The notes beneath the pieces are model-generated. The model had not been told where the DNA came from. It worked only from the letters and a program-made list of their open reading frames with translations, and searched no databases. Both the position numbers and the translations under genes were made by a program. Below are positions 53,921-54,572 of a DNA stretch of 54,572 bases, one piece after another. How positions within the stretch are numbered: the first letter of the stretch is position 1; every line of letters begins with the position of its first letter. Origin of the DNA: a virus. Taxonomy: Duplodnaviria; Caudoviricetes. The DNA is taken from positions 1 through 54,572 of the IMG/VR virus record IMGVR_UViG_3300036832_000372; one strand, given 5' to 3'.

Positions 53921-54378
53921 TGATGAATGCAGGTATTACAGAAGAGGTAGGCTCGACGACGCGCAGCGTCATCGACGCTCTGAGAGTTCAGCCGCTGTCA
54001 ATCGTGCTGATCATCCTGGTCGGTGTGATCCTGACATACGTGTTCTACATCCAGACCCGCCAGCTCGACACCCGCGATCGCAACTTGCAACAGCTGTTCG
54101 ATTCTCAGAAGGATATCCTCGAGCAGTGGCGGCAGGTTTTCAACTATCAGCAAGACAACATGCGTTCGATCGTCAAGGACCAAGGCCAGTTGACCGAGAA
54201 GATGATGGTGTGCATCACCCCGGATATCTTGCGGGCAATCGACGATCAGAAGGCGAGGGGTTTGCTACCTCTGCCACAGGTGCAGCCACAACCTCCGCCG
54301 TTTCGACTTCAGTCTGACCAGTCTGTGATTGTGCTGCCATCGCCACTCCCGACAACTCCTGAAGAGATAAAGCGATGA
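53920..54378 (+). CDS. Single-pass membrane + coiled-coil protein (holin- or inner-spanin-like)
   Basis: One TM segment then a coiled coil; lies between the lipoprotein and the putative lysin. Confidence 0.6.
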   Translation: MMNAGITEEVGSTTRSVIDALRVQPLSIVLIILVGVILTYVFYIQTRQLDTRDRNLQQLFDSQKDILEQWRQVFNYQQDNMRSIVKDQGQLTEKMMVCITPDILRAIDDQKARGLLPLPQVQPQPPPFRLQSDQSVIVLPSPLPTTPEEIKR

Positions 54379-54572
54379 TCACCATCACTGGCAGAGTCTC
54401 GTGGTTCGGCGGTCCTAACGACAAGGGGGTGAGGCCATCAGAGGGTCTCGCGATCTTTCAGTCGGTGCGGCAGTGCCCCGAGATCTTCTTGGCAAAGCAG
54501 CCCAAGGCCACCTCAGGTCTCGCCAGGAGGCTCGACCCGGAGAAGCTCTACATCGCGATGCGGTGGCCTTGG
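54375..54572 (+). CDS. Putative endolysin, truncated by the window end
   Basis: Read by hand as MITITGRVSWFGGPNDKGVRPSEGLAIF...GLARRLDPEKLYIAMRWPW; the G.VSWFGG start resembles RlpA/DPBB-like cell-wall enzymes. Confidence 0.55.
   Translation, partial: MITITGRVSWFGGPNDKGVRPSEGLAIFQSVRQCPEIFLAKQPKATSGLARRLDPEKLYIAMRWPW

Larger units (their letters stand above)
1..54572 (+). mobile_element. Myovirus-type phage or prophage late region (packaging, head, contractile tail, start of lysis)
   Basis: Co-oriented terminase, portal, capsid, baseplate, sheath, tube, tape measure and gpU/X/D genes with overlapping ATGA/TGATG junctions. No host housekeeping genes or att/integrase in view. Confidence 0.97.

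Noticed and set aside
297-54424. Numerous long minus-strand and alternate-frame ORFs (e.g. 2307-3443, 20642-22021, 39621-40808, 49634-50623)
   Set aside because: They are shadows of well-supported + strand genes in GC-rich DNA, with no recognisable motifs.

Overview
The window is the late (morphogenesis) region of a GC-rich tailed phage or prophage with a contractile tail, most likely infecting an alphaproteobacterium (Rhizobiales-like gene content; host is an inference). Essentially all credible genes are on the + strand in one long, tightly coupled operon. The order is: NusG-family antiterminator, small and large terminase, a cluster of small accessory genes (including a DUF2829/Tad2-like anti-defence protein), DUF1073 portal, MuF-like head protein, DUF2213 protease/scaffold, cement protein, DUF2184 major capsid, neck, P2-like baseplate V-W-J, a 10 kb insert of giant beta-helix spike genes, gpI, fibres, sheath, tube, chaperone, two paralogous tape-measure-like proteins, gpU-gpX-gpD, an FkbM-TPR-glycosyltransferase fusion, and the start of a lysis cassette. 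The most unusual signals are: (1) tandem paralogous tape measures carrying different peptidoglycan-hydrolase cargo; (2) a NusG paralog with an Arg-rich tail followed immediately by a switchable cUUCGg hairpin leader; (3) signal-peptide-bearing, Cys-rich virion-type proteins, including a GH110-like enzyme; (4) a multi-hairpin candidate ncRNA at about 6050-6180; and (5) nested or shared structural domains and a short motif reused across several genes. All family assignments come from motif recognition by eye; no database search was run. No tRNA, rRNA, CRISPR array, integrase or transposase was seen.
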